Below, piece after piece: positions 29,587 to 38,506 of a stretch of 42,799 nt of DNA. The stretch is from Caulobacteraceae bacterium (lineage in GTDB: Bacteria; Pseudomonadota; Alphaproteobacteria; Caulobacterales; Caulobacteraceae): contig JAYTXV010000460.1 in NCBI GenBank assembly GCA_043742805.1, positions 1-42,799 of the forward strand, given 5' to 3'. Under the pieces are notes generated by a model. It was not told the origin of the DNA, ran no database searches, and saw only the letters and a list, made by a program, of their open reading frames with translations. Within the stretch, counting starts at the first letter, position 1. Each line of letters starts with the position of its first letter. The translations under genes were made by a program, and so were the position numbers.

Positions 29587-31399
29587 GTTCACTCCTCCAG
29601 TCATCATTTTCCGGCCACTCCGGCTGCTCGCTTTTCCATAGCAGGCAGTCTTCGAGCACCAGCAGGTCCATCCCGGTTCGCATGAAGCACCGATAGGCGT
29701 CCTGCGGCGTGCAAACGATCGGCTCGCCCCGCACGTTGAACGAAGTGTTGACCAGAACAGGGCACCCGGTGAGCTGGTCGAAAGCCGATAGGATGCGGAA
29801 GAAATCAGGACTGCGTTCCTGGTCCACGGTCTGCACCCGGGCGCTGTAGTCGACGTGCGTCACCGCGGGAATGTCGCTTCTCTGCTGGTGCAGGATTGGC
29901 ATCATGTCGTCGCCGTCGGACACGGCCCGGTCCATAGGCAGCTGGCGTTCAGTTTTCACCGGCGCCACGAGCAGCATGTAGGGGCTCTCGCCCTCGATCT
30001 CGAAATAGTCCGCGGCGCGACCGGCGATCACCGCCGGCGCGAACGGCCGGAAGCTCTCCCGGAACTTCACCTTGAGGTTCATGGTGCTCTGCATTTCCGG
30101 GTTGCGCGGGTCGCCGAGGATCGACCGCGCGCCCAGCGAGCGTGGCCCGAATTCCATGCGTCCGCTGAAGTAACCCACCACCTTGCCGTCAGCGATCGCG
30201 CCGGCGACGGCCCGCGCCAACTCGTCGGGGTCGGCGATCTGGTGGTGGGGCCAATCCTGGCGATCAAGGATCGAGGTGACTTCGTGAGGGGCGAACCGCG
30301 GCCCGAGATAGCTTCCCATCAGGGAGTCGCCTTCGCGGTTCACCACGCGCGGGGCGCCGAGCATCTGGTGCGATACCAGGAGCGCGGCGCCTAGTGCGCC
30401 ACCCGCGTCGCCGGCGGCGGGCTGGACAAACAACCCATCGAGCCCCGACTCCCGGAGTACGCGGCCGTTGGCCACGCAATTGAGCGCGACACCGCCGGCC
30501 ATCACCAGGTTTTTGGTCCCGGTCAGGGCCGTCGCACAGGCCACCAGCTTAAGAACCACATCTTCGGTCACCTGCTGGATCGACGCGGCCAGGTCCATTT
30601 CCTTGCGAGAGATCATCGTGTCCGGGCGCCGCGCCGGGCCGCCGAACAGCGTCTCAAAACGCTCGTTGATCATCAGTCCGGTGTCGAGATAGCCGAAGTA
30701 ACTTGTATCCAATCGGAACGATCCGTCATCTTTTACATCGATCAGGACGTCACGGATGAGATCGGCGTATTTCGGCTCTCCATAGGGTGCGAGCCCCATC
30801 AGCTTATATTCACCCGAATTCACCTTGAATCCGCAGTAATAGGTAAACGCGCTGTAGAGCAGGCCCAGGGAGTGCGGATAGCGGATCTCCCTCAGCAGTT
30901 CCAAGGTCTTGCCGCTGCCGAAACCCAGGGTGCAGGTTGCCCATTCGCCCACGCCGTCGATGGTTAGTATCGCCGCTTCGTCGAACGGCGACGGGTAGAA
31001 GCAACTCGCGGCATGGGCCATGTGATGATGTGTGCCAAGCAGGCGTGGCGTCTCGCCGAGAACCGAGTCGATGTCGTCGCGAAGGCGCGCCTTGGCTCCC
31101 AGCATCCCGCGACAGGCGGCCACGAACTGGTCGCGTCCGGCCGGCGCGACCGACAACGCATTTTTCATCACACGGTCAAGTGTCAGCAGGGGATTGTCAT
31201 AGAACACCACCCCTTCGAGTTCCGAAGGGTCGATGAAGGCCTCGCCCAGACAGTAGTTGATGGCTTGCCGAGGAAAGCGAGGGTCGTGCTTCTTGCGTGA
31301 GAAGCGCTCTTCCTGAGCCGCCGCGATGATCACGCCGTCTCGCACAAGCGCCGCAGCGGCGTCATGGTAATAGGCTGAAATACCGAGGACATAACCCAT
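29573..31399 (-). CDS. O-carbamoyltransferase, NodU/CmcH/TobZ family (SxtI-like)
   Basis: HDAAAAL, EERFSRKKH, HHMAHA, DGVGE, EYKLMGLAPYG, GGVALN, GDAG, GRMEFGPRSLGARS, KFRESFRPFAP, VNTSFN. Confidence 0.96.
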   Translation of the reverse strand: MGYVLGISAYYHDAAAALVRDGVIIAAAQEERFSRKKHDPRFPRQAINYCLGEAFIDPSELEGVVFYDNPLLTLDRVMKNALSVAPAGRDQFVAACRGMLGAKARLRDDIDSVLGETPRLLGTHHHMAHAASCFYPSPFDEAAILTIDGVGEWATCTLGFGSGKTLELLREIRYPHSLGLLYSAFTYYCGFKVNSGEYKLMGLAPYGEPKYADLIRDVLIDVKDDGSFRLDTSYFGYLDTGLMINERFETLFGGPARRPDTMISRKEMDLAASIQQVTEDVVLKLVACATALTGTKNLVMAGGVALNCVANGRVLRESGLDGLFVQPAAGDAGGALGAALLVSHQMLGAPRVVNREGDSLMGSYLGPRFAPHEVTSILDRQDWPHHQIADPDELARAVAGAIADGKVVGYFSGRMEFGPRSLGARSILGDPRNPEMQSTMNLKVKFRESFRPFAPAVIAGRAADYFEIEGESPYMLLVAPVKTERQLPMDRAVSDGDDMMPILHQQRSDIPAVTHVDYSARVQTVDQERSPDFFRILSAFDQLTGCPVLVNTSFNVRGEPIVCTPQDAYRCFMRTGMDLLVLEDCLLWKSEQPEWPENDDWRSEHELD

Positions 31400-31657
31400 T
31401 TACTCTACCCCATGCGCTATGACTTCTGTTCAATTGGTCGGCCCACGTTCGCCACGTCACAGCCCTGGGGCCGGTGGAACCCTCGCCGATCAATAGCTAT
31501 TGCATGCCTGAAACAGAACCCACTTTCCAACTTACTATGGACAGAATGTCGCAGGCAAGCAGTAAACCGCCTCAATCGAGGAGTGTAGGCCTAGATTTGG
31601 TCTTATTTCGCTGAAAACACGCTTTCCGAGCCGTTTCGTGGCTAGTGGACCGCGATT

Positions 31658-32833
31658 TCAGGCCTCAATCGTGAAGGTCAGCCCCGCCTTGGCCGGCAGT
31701 CGCTCAAGCAGCGCGGGGCCCATGGCCGCTGCGGCTGTCCAGCAACCGCCCGGCGTCGATGCGCGGCTGACGTCAAGGGCGAGGGCTAGGCCGGCCTCGG
31801 CCAGAATCTTGGAGGTGGAGCCATAGCCTGGGTCCATGTCACCCTTGACCGCCGCCCGAACCGTCCGCCCATCGGCGGCCTCGGCGATGAACAGGATGTC
31901 GTAGAAACCCGTTTCACGCTCGGCCCTGGTCGGGCCTTCGCCGGGCTTGGGCGGGTTCGCGCCGCCGAAATCGAAACCCGCCGCCGGACGCGCGCCTTCC
32001 TGGGGCGGCCCGGGGATCATCAGCATCTCGTCATACTGGAAGTCGGTTCCCCAGGGATGGCCAAGCAGGAAGTTGGTGCGATGCACCGCCTTGGTGTTTA
32101 TACCGGCCATCATGAAGCTCGCGACCCATGAGCCTGTGGTTGTGTCCTCATAGGTCTTGTCGCCATCAGGCTGCGCCGGACCTGTGAACCCGGGTGTCAG
32201 GGCGAACGGATTGGCCAGCAGGGCGCCTACCGCGGGATCCTTCTGGATCGCGGCCATGGTGGCCATGCCGCTGGCCATGGTGCCGCCCGACAACCCACCC
32301 AGCATGTTGCGCACCCGGCCGCGCACCCTGGGCGTGGGAGCGCCGAACCGGGCCGCCGCCTCCCGCTCCACGAACCAGACGCCCATGTCGAAGGGGATGG
32401 AATCGAAGCCGCAGGAAAACACCAGCCGCGCGCCTGACGCCTTCGCCGTCTGCTCGTGAGCGGCCATCATCGTGGCGATCCAGTTGGATTCTCCGGTCAG
32501 GTCCACATAGTCGCACCCGACCTTTGAGCAGGCCGCCACCAGATCCGAGCCGTAGAGCTGGTAGGGCCCCGCGGTGGTGATCACCACCTTGGCGCGGCGG
32601 GCCATGGCCTCCAGCGCCGCGGCGTCATGAGCGTCGGCGACGATTAGTGGAAGGGTAGCCGGCGCGCCGATCAGATCCCGCACCTCGGCCAGCTTGCCGG
32701 CGGACCGCCCCGCCATCGCCCATTTCACTTCGTCGCCGACGCCATAGGTCTTCAGCAAATATTCGGCCACAAGGCGGCCGGTGTATCCGGTGGCGCCATA
32801 GACGATGGCGTCGAATTCGACGGCGGTGGGCAT
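31658..32833 (-). CDS. Saccharopine dehydrogenase-like NADP-binding oxidoreductase (trans-acting enoyl reductase family)
   Basis: YGATGYTG, AGRS, GPYQLYG, YVDLTGE, CGFDSIPFDMG, DPGYGSTS. Confidence 0.92.
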   Translation of the reverse strand: MPTAVEFDAIVYGATGYTGRLVAEYLLKTYGVGDEVKWAMAGRSAGKLAEVRDLIGAPATLPLIVADAHDAAALEAMARRAKVVITTAGPYQLYGSDLVAACSKVGCDYVDLTGESNWIATMMAAHEQTAKASGARLVFSCGFDSIPFDMGVWFVEREAAARFGAPTPRVRGRVRNMLGGLSGGTMASGMATMAAIQKDPAVGALLANPFALTPGFTGPAQPDGDKTYEDTTTGSWVASFMMAGINTKAVHRTNFLLGHPWGTDFQYDEMLMIPGPPQEGARPAAGFDFGGANPPKPGEGPTRAERETGFYDILFIAEAADGRTVRAAVKGDMDPGYGSTSKILAEAGLALALDVSRASTPGGCWTAAAAMGPALLERLPAKAGLTFTIEA

Positions 32834-32934
32834 TGCGGCGTGTTCCCTGATTGGACGTTGAGTTCAACCTAGACCGAAAACCGGATGGCTCGAAACCCCG
32901 TTGACGGATTGGCTGACCAAACCCGATTGCATCG

Positions 32935-33111
32935 CTCGATTGCATCAGCGGTAGGCGGCTGGTGGCGGGCTGCCCGGTCGGCGCCTCGATGGACACGAAC
33001 TATTGCTATGGCCGGATCCCGGCTCTGAACCATTGGAAATACGCCGAGGCTCACGACCTGATCATCCGAGCCTGGACCGAGCGCGACCCGTTCGCCGTCA
33101 CCGGCCGCTTC
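32935..33111 (+). pseudogene. Internal fragment of an LLM-class (luciferase-like) flavin monooxygenase
   Basis: LDCISGRRLVAGCPVGASMDTNYCYGRIPALNHWKYAEAHDLIIRAWTERDPFAVTGRF matches the LD..S.GR...G.G...W....F..G segment of LLM enzymes. In-frame stop at 32914, and no N- or C-terminal domains. Confidence 0.7.
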
Positions 33112-33265
33112 TCGTGCACGCCGCCGCCCAACGCGCCACGGTGGCAACCCTGCCCCAAGCCCTATGACCCCGCCCCGATACCGACGCCCAGCAAACGCCT
33201 ACGGCCGTTGATCGTCGTTTTGGGGAACGACATGCTGCGGATCACTGTCTGAGCGTCGAGGTCGG

Positions 33266-34813
33266 TTAAATCTGCCGCGCCCGCCCGGCCCAAAAGGGCG
33301 CGCGAACCTTGCCGCGTTGAATCTTGCCGGCCGGGCTGCGGGGCAGTTCCGGGGCGAACTCGATGGTCTTGGGGACCTTGAAACCGGCCAGGCGGCCGCG
33401 GGCGAAGGCCAGGATGTCGGCGCCCAGGCTGTCGCTCGGTTCCTGGCCGGGATGCAGGGTCACCACCACCTTGACCGCTTCGCCCCAATCCTCGTCGGGA
33501 ACGCCGATCGCGCAGCTGTCCTCCACCGCCGGGTGCTTGATGATCTCGTTGTCGATCTCCTGGGGATAGATGTTGACTCCGCCGGAGATGATGCATTCTG
33601 CGGTGCGGCCGGTCAGGAACAGATAGTCGTCGTCGTCCAGATAGCCGACGTCGCCGAGCGTGAAATAGCCGTCCCGATGGGCCGAGGCGGTCTTGTGCGG
33701 ATCGTTGAAATATTCGAACGGCGCCACTGGTGACACCTTGAAATAGATCGTCCCGGATTTGTTGCGCCCGGTGATCTCGCCGCCTTCATCGTCGATCAGT
33801 CTCACCGCGTCGGGCGCCGGCAGGCGCCCGACCGTCCCGGGCTTGGCCAGCCATTCGTGGGAGTCGATCAGGAAACCGGCCCCACCCTCGGATCCCGCGT
33901 AATATTCGTGGATGATCGGGCCGATCCAGTCGATCATCGCCTTCTTCACTTCCGGCGGGCAGGGCGCCGCGCCGTGGATCACGTATCGCAGGCTGGAGAT
34001 GTCGTAACGGGCCTTGACCTCGTCAGGCAGGGCCAGCAGCCGTTGGAACATGATCGGCACCAGGTGAGCGCGGGTCACCCGATGGCGATCAATGGCCGCC
34101 AGCACCCCTTCGGAATTCCAGCGATCGAGGAACACCAGCGGATTGCCCTGATTCATCGCCGATCGCACGTCGAAGGCCAGCGGCGCGGCGTGATAGGCCG
34201 GCCCGGCGCATAGCGATACGTCATCGGGCTCACCTGGCGTCGGCAGGACCAGCAGGACGTTGTTGCGGCGATAGACGCCCTTGGGCCGGCCCGTGGTGCC
34301 GGAGGTGTAGAGCATCGCGCCGCCCAGCATCGGGTCTTCGATGTCCGATCCATCCAAACCGGCCAGGGTTCCGGCATAGGTCAGGAAACCCTCCGCGGCC
34401 TCGCCGATGGCCACCTTCAGTCGTACACCGGGCGGCTGGGCGCTCAAGGCGGCGGGGTATCGGGGTTCGGCGATCAGCGCCTTCGCCTCGCAATCGTTGA
34501 TGATGTATTCGACCTCATCTGCGGTCAGGTGCCAGTTCACCGGCGTAAACCGGTAACCTCCGCGCAGGGTGGCGTTCAGGACCTCCACGAATTCCGCCCG
34601 GTTGCCGCACATCACGGCGACTGGATCCCCCGGCTTCAGGCCATGGCCGCGCAACAGCCGCACGATGCGGTTGGCGTTGGCGTTGACCTCGAAGAAGCTA
34701 CGGGTCCCTTGTGGGTCGTGGATCGCCACCGCGTCCGGCTTCTCCCGGGCCCACACACTCCCGGTCATCCCGACGGCGGCGGCCTGGTGAAGGCGTTCGA
34801 TCAATTCCGGCAT
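33266..34813 (-). CDS. AMP-binding acyl-CoA synthetase
   Basis: YTSGTTGRPKG, YYAGSEGG, TLGDVG, ISGGVNIYPQEID, GKI. Confidence 0.94.
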   Translation of the reverse strand: MPELIERLHQAAAVGMTGSVWAREKPDAVAIHDPQGTRSFFEVNANANRIVRLLRGHGLKPGDPVAVMCGNRAEFVEVLNATLRGGYRFTPVNWHLTADEVEYIINDCEAKALIAEPRYPAALSAQPPGVRLKVAIGEAAEGFLTYAGTLAGLDGSDIEDPMLGGAMLYTSGTTGRPKGVYRRNNVLLVLPTPGEPDDVSLCAGPAYHAAPLAFDVRSAMNQGNPLVFLDRWNSEGVLAAIDRHRVTRAHLVPIMFQRLLALPDEVKARYDISSLRYVIHGAAPCPPEVKKAMIDWIGPIIHEYYAGSEGGAGFLIDSHEWLAKPGTVGRLPAPDAVRLIDDEGGEITGRNKSGTIYFKVSPVAPFEYFNDPHKTASAHRDGYFTLGDVGYLDDDDYLFLTGRTAECIISGGVNIYPQEIDNEIIKHPAVEDSCAIGVPDEDWGEAVKVVVTLHPGQEPSDSLGADILAFARGRLAGFKVPKTIEFAPELPRSPAGKIQRGKVRAPFWAGRARQI

Positions 34814-34897
34814 GGACGCTCCCTGACAATCCTTGCGCCCCAAGGCGTCTGTCGGCCGGGTGAACGCTAACCTATTGTTTGACCTTCTTCGCTGGCG

Positions 34898-35695
34898 TCA
34901 ATCGGAAAAATTCAGGACACCGCCGCTGGCCGCCATCGCGTCGCGCACCGCCTCGGGCGTGGCGGTGGCCCGGGTGTCGAAGTCGTGGAGTTCGGGCGGC
35001 ACATACCAGTGAATCTTGTCGGTGTGATAGGCGGCCCAAACCGCCTCGGCCACGGCGACGGCGGGCACCAGGCGCCACATCCCATCCTTGGGCGCTGCGA
35101 ACTTGGCTGCGTCGGGCAGCAGGGGCGTGTCGATCAGGCCAGGCAGGGTGTCAGCCACCCGCACGCCGTGGACCTTCATTTCCACCGACAGCGCCTCGGT
35201 GAAGCCTTTCACCGCGTGCTTGGTGGCCGAGTAGACGGCGATGCCAGCCATGCCGAAGGTGGCGGAGGACGAGGAGGTCGAGAAACAAAGCGACCCCGCC
35301 GTCGCCTTCAACAGCGGCAGAGCCAGGTGGATTCCGCTCAGGACCGCCACCAGATTGACGTTCACCACCGCCATCACGTCCTCCCAGGTCATGTCCTCGT
35401 AGCGGCCGCCCCGGCCGATGCCGGCGTTGTTAAACAGCAGGTCCATCTTGCCGCCGGTGGCCAGGGCGAAGCCTTCGATCGCGGCGCGATAGGCCTCGCG
35501 GTCGGTCACATCCAGGGTCTGGAACACACCATTGTCGCCGCCGATCTCGGTCTCCAGGCTCGCCAGCAGGTCGGCCTGAACGTCATAGGCGCCGACAAAC
35601 CAGCCCTGATTGGCGAACAGCCGTGCGGTTTCCCGGCCCATGCCGGATGCCGCGCCGGTGATGAAGATCGACTTGCGGTCTTTAGCTTTGGACAA
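34898..35695 (-). CDS. SDR family oxidoreductase
   Basis: ITGAASGMG, FNNAGI, YSATK. TTG start with AAGGAAG RBS. Confidence 0.93.
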   Translation of the reverse strand: MSKAKDRKSIFITGAASGMGRETARLFANQGWFVGAYDVQADLLASLETEIGGDNGVFQTLDVTDREAYRAAIEGFALATGGKMDLLFNNAGIGRGGRYEDMTWEDVMAVVNVNLVAVLSGIHLALPLLKATAGSLCFSTSSSSATFGMAGIAVYSATKHAVKGFTEALSVEMKVHGVRVADTLPGLIDTPLLPDAAKFAAPKDGMWRLVPAVAVAEAVWAAYHTDKIHWYVPPELHDFDTRATATPEAVRDAMAASGGVLNFSD

Positions 35696-35929
35696 GGCTG
35701 TTCTTCCTTATGGTTAATGGCGCGTCTCTCTAGAAGGTTTGCGTCCCGGCCGGAAGACTTAGCCAGCTTGTGCTTGATCAGCACACGCGTGCGGGGCTTT
35801 TCGGACTGGGACACCATTCCTAAAGTGTAGTCGGGAGGAGGGCGCGAGAACCGCGGCCTGGATTGTCCTGGATCACCGTCGCTTTCAGGCTCGCCTCGAA
35901 ACCCAAAGTCAGTCAACTGGGTTTATCGA

Positions 35930-36140
35930 GAGCAATAATCTCGGCTAAATTTGAAGTATTGTTGATGACTTTTAACCTGTAAATTATTAAAAACTTGTAT
36001 AATTATAACATATATTTTTTGGGAAAGCTCGTGACATGGAGACCTAGTGTAATAATGAACAAAAAATTCAGTATGAGACATATATCCACCGCGAGGGCAT
36101 CTCGATCATGTAAAGGAAAACTGTGATATAATAACCGACA
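35930..36140. other. Strongly AT-rich non-coding stretch
   Basis: Hand count: 57/180 GC (about 32%) over 35941-36120 and 16/80 (20%) over 35941-36020, in a window where core genes run at about 65-73% GC. Confidence 0.85.
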
Positions 36141-36196
36141 ATTGGATCGCGTGATGAAGCGTGACGGTTAGCTTTTCAAAACGCTGGAGTCGACGG

Positions 36197-36892
36197 TCAG
36201 ATTTCCACCGGCCGGTCGGAAAACTGCCTTGGCCCGGGACCCTCGGACGGGAAGTGCGCCCTGAGAACCGAGCCGCAGATGTCCACGGCCTGAACGATGC
36301 CGGTCGTCGGGTCCTTGCCCGCCTTCATCGCCGAGCCGATCGCCAGCGCCGCTGCTTTCCAGGACGCTTCGTCCGCCTTGCCGTGCAGCGCCGCGTCAGC
36401 CAGGATTTGCACCTGCCGGTCGACCAGAGCGACAAAGATCAGAACGCCGGTCTCGCTGCCTCGGGCGCGCGCCGCAATCGAGACGAACTGCTGTCGGGCG
36501 GCCCGTTCCACCTTGTGGCGCTTTAACATGGCCGGGGTCGCCCAACGCCGCGCCGCCGGGATTTCCAGGATCAGGAAGACGAGGATGAACAGCGCCGTCT
36601 GGATCAGGGCGTAGACCCCAAGCGCCAGCGTGATTTTTTCCTCCGCCGCCCCGCCGCCGGATTGGGCCGCCGTCCAGACGCCGGCGGCGCTCGCCGCCAG
36701 GGCCAATGGGTGAACGCCCAGCGCCACGGCTACCGCGGGCACAATAAGGGAGACCGCGGCCGCCCAGGCCAGGGCCACCTCCGGATAGTGGGAAACCTCA
36801 GAGGCTAATACGCAGATGATCTCGCCGGACGTGCCTTCTTCAGCCCTGGCGACGGCGGCCTCGACGCGGGTTTTTTCGATAGTGCTCAGCAT
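36197..36892 (-). CDS. TPM-domain membrane protein (partner of the lemA operon)
   Basis: AVARAEEGTSGEI, two TM helices, TGVLIFV...V.ILAD. ATG lies 1 nt after the upstream stop. Confidence 0.88.
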   Translation of the reverse strand: MLSTIEKTRVEAAVARAEEGTSGEIICVLASEVSHYPEVALAWAAAVSLIVPAVAVALGVHPLALAASAAGVWTAAQSGGGAAEEKITLALGVYALIQTALFILVFLILEIPAARRWATPAMLKRHKVERAARQQFVSIAARARGSETGVLIFVALVDRQVQILADAALHGKADEASWKAAALAIGSAMKAGKDPTTGIVQAVDICGSVLRAHFPSEGPGPRQFSDRPVEI

Positions 36893-36893
36893 C

Positions 36894-37691
36894 TCACCAA
36901 CTCCCCGAATCCCCACCGCCCCCACCGGACCCCCCGCCGCCGCCGAATCCACCGCCACCCCAATCGCCGCCGCCTCCGCCGCCCCAGCCGCCGCCTCGCC
37001 CTCCGCCAAGGAACATCAGCGGCAGCAGCCAGCCGAGGCCGCCGCCGCCACCGCCGCCGCCACGCCGGCCGCGGAAGATCGAAGAGAACACGAAGAAGAT
37101 GATGATCAGTGGGATCAGGCCCGCGATCGGATTGCGATGATGCTGGCGGGGGGCGTCTGCCTGAGCCTGGGCCGCTTGCGCCGCCTTGGCCTCCGCCGTG
37201 GAGCGATCGAGGCCGAGTTGTTCGATGATCGCGCCAGTTCCATCAACAATCCCGCCCGGAATATCGCCAGCCTTGAACTTCGGGAGCACGACACTCTGCA
37301 AGATGACGCTGGACATGGCATCGGTCAGCGTGCCTTCCAAGCCGTAGCCGACCTCGATGCGGACTTTGTGTTCGCTGGGTACGATGATGAACAGCGCGCC
37401 GTTGTTCAGGCCTTTCTGGCCGATCTGCCAATGGCGCAACAGCTGGACGCCGTAATCCTCGATCTCGTTGCCACCCAGACTAGGCAGGGTGACGACGACA
37501 AGTTGCCGGCTGTTGGTCTTCTCGAGGTTCGCCAGCTTGGCGGTGAGGCTGGCCTGTACTTCGGGACTGAGCACATGGGCGCCATCCACCACCCGGCCGC
37601 TCAGTTCAGGGAACTGTGGGGCGCTCGCCGCGAAGGCGGGCGCCCACAACAGCGCCAGCAGCAGGCCCAGAAGGCCCGCCAGCCGAATCAC
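36894..37691 (-). CDS. TPM-domain/YgcG family protein with Gly-rich tail
   Basis: Signal peptide, FPELSGRVVD, QLVVVTLPSL, RIEVGYGLEG.LTD, TM helix, GGGG...SGSW end. Confidence 0.92.
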   Translation of the reverse strand: MIRLAGLLGLLLALLWAPAFAASAPQFPELSGRVVDGAHVLSPEVQASLTAKLANLEKTNSRQLVVVTLPSLGGNEIEDYGVQLLRHWQIGQKGLNNGALFIIVPSEHKVRIEVGYGLEGTLTDAMSSVILQSVVLPKFKAGDIPGGIVDGTGAIIEQLGLDRSTAEAKAAQAAQAQADAPRQHHRNPIAGLIPLIIIFFVFSSIFRGRRGGGGGGGGLGWLLPLMFLGGGRGGGWGGGGGGDWGGGGFGGGGGSGGGGGDSGSW

Positions 37692-38389
37692 TTGGCGGCC
37701 GGGGTCGGGGCGGCCGGGGTGGGGGCGGGAGGCGGTGATCCAGGCGCCGCTCCCGGCGCCGCTTCTTGGGCGCTCCCGGGCGCCGCGGTGTCAAAGCTGA
37801 CGGTCGGCGCCGACTGAGCCGCCGCGGTGGCCGAGAACAGCGCCATGGGTTTTTCGCCACTGTACATCGTCGCTGCCCAGATCGAAGTCGGGAACACGCG
37901 CAGGGTGGTGTTATAATCCTGCACAGCGCCGTTGTAGTCGCGCCTGGACACCGCGATGCGATTCTCAGTGCCCTCGAGCTGCGACTGCAGGGCCATGAAG
38001 TTCCCGTTAGACTTGAGGTCTGGATAGCGCTCCTGGATCATCATCAGGCGACCGAGCACGCCCGAAAGCTTGTTCTGGGCTTGCTCATACTGTTGGAACT
38101 CGGCCGGGTTGGTCAGGGTGGAGGCGTCAACTTTCACCTGAGTGGCGCTGGCCCGGGCCTCGGTGACCTCGACCAGAACGCTCTTTTCCTGGGCGGCGTA
38201 ACCTTTCACCGTGGCCACCAGGTTGGGGATCAGGTCGGCTCGGCGCTGATAGTTGCTCTGGACATCGGCCCATGCGGCCTTGGCGGCCTCCTGTTTGGTC
38301 GGAATGGCGTTGATGCCGCAGCCCGCCAGGGCCATGGGCAAAACAATGGCGGCGGCCAGGGCCGCGATCTTGCGGAATGGGTTTTGCAA
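37688..38389 (-). CDS. lemA: LemA family protein (lipoprotein-type N-terminus)
   Basis: LAGC lipobox, YQRRADLIPNLVATVKGYA, ERYPDLKS, QLEGTENRI. TTG start after GGAGGA. Confidence 0.93.
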   Translation of the reverse strand: MQNPFRKIAALAAAIVLPMALAGCGINAIPTKQEAAKAAWADVQSNYQRRADLIPNLVATVKGYAAQEKSVLVEVTEARASATQVKVDASTLTNPAEFQQYEQAQNKLSGVLGRLMMIQERYPDLKSNGNFMALQSQLEGTENRIAVSRRDYNGAVQDYNTTLRVFPTSIWAATMYSGEKPMALFSATAAAQSAPTVSFDTAAPGSAQEAAPGAAPGSPPPAPTPAAPTPAAK

Positions 38390-38506
38390 AACAGTCCTCC
38401 CTCGCGCCGCGCGTCTCGGCGGCTGGTAAGAATCTAGTGCGCCGACCCAGCTTGCACCAAAGCGAACCTGGATCAGCACTCGACCAATACCATGAATCAA
38501 GCCCCC

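Noticed and set aside
27522-31399. Saxitoxin or Nod-factor biosynthesis cluster
   Set aside because: Only the carbamoyltransferase/SGNH module is present. There are no sxtA/sxtG-type or nodABC genes, and no recognisable SxtJ/SxtK membrane proteins.
32962-33252. Novel 96-aa small protein
   Set aside because: The first two thirds is an LLM monooxygenase fragment and the rest looks like read-through into non-coding DNA.
36055-36126. 23-aa ORF MNKKFSMRHISTARASRSCKGKL in the AT-rich stretch
   Set aside because: No RBS, atypical codons and too short to support.
35930-36140. Replication origin or CtrA-box cluster
   Set aside because: No convincing DnaA boxes (only ATATCCACC) and no correctly spaced TTAA-N7-TTAA. 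Flanking genes are not origin-associated.
36900-37070. GCC/CCG tandem repeat tract
   Set aside because: It simply encodes the Gly-rich tail of the TPM/YgcG protein.
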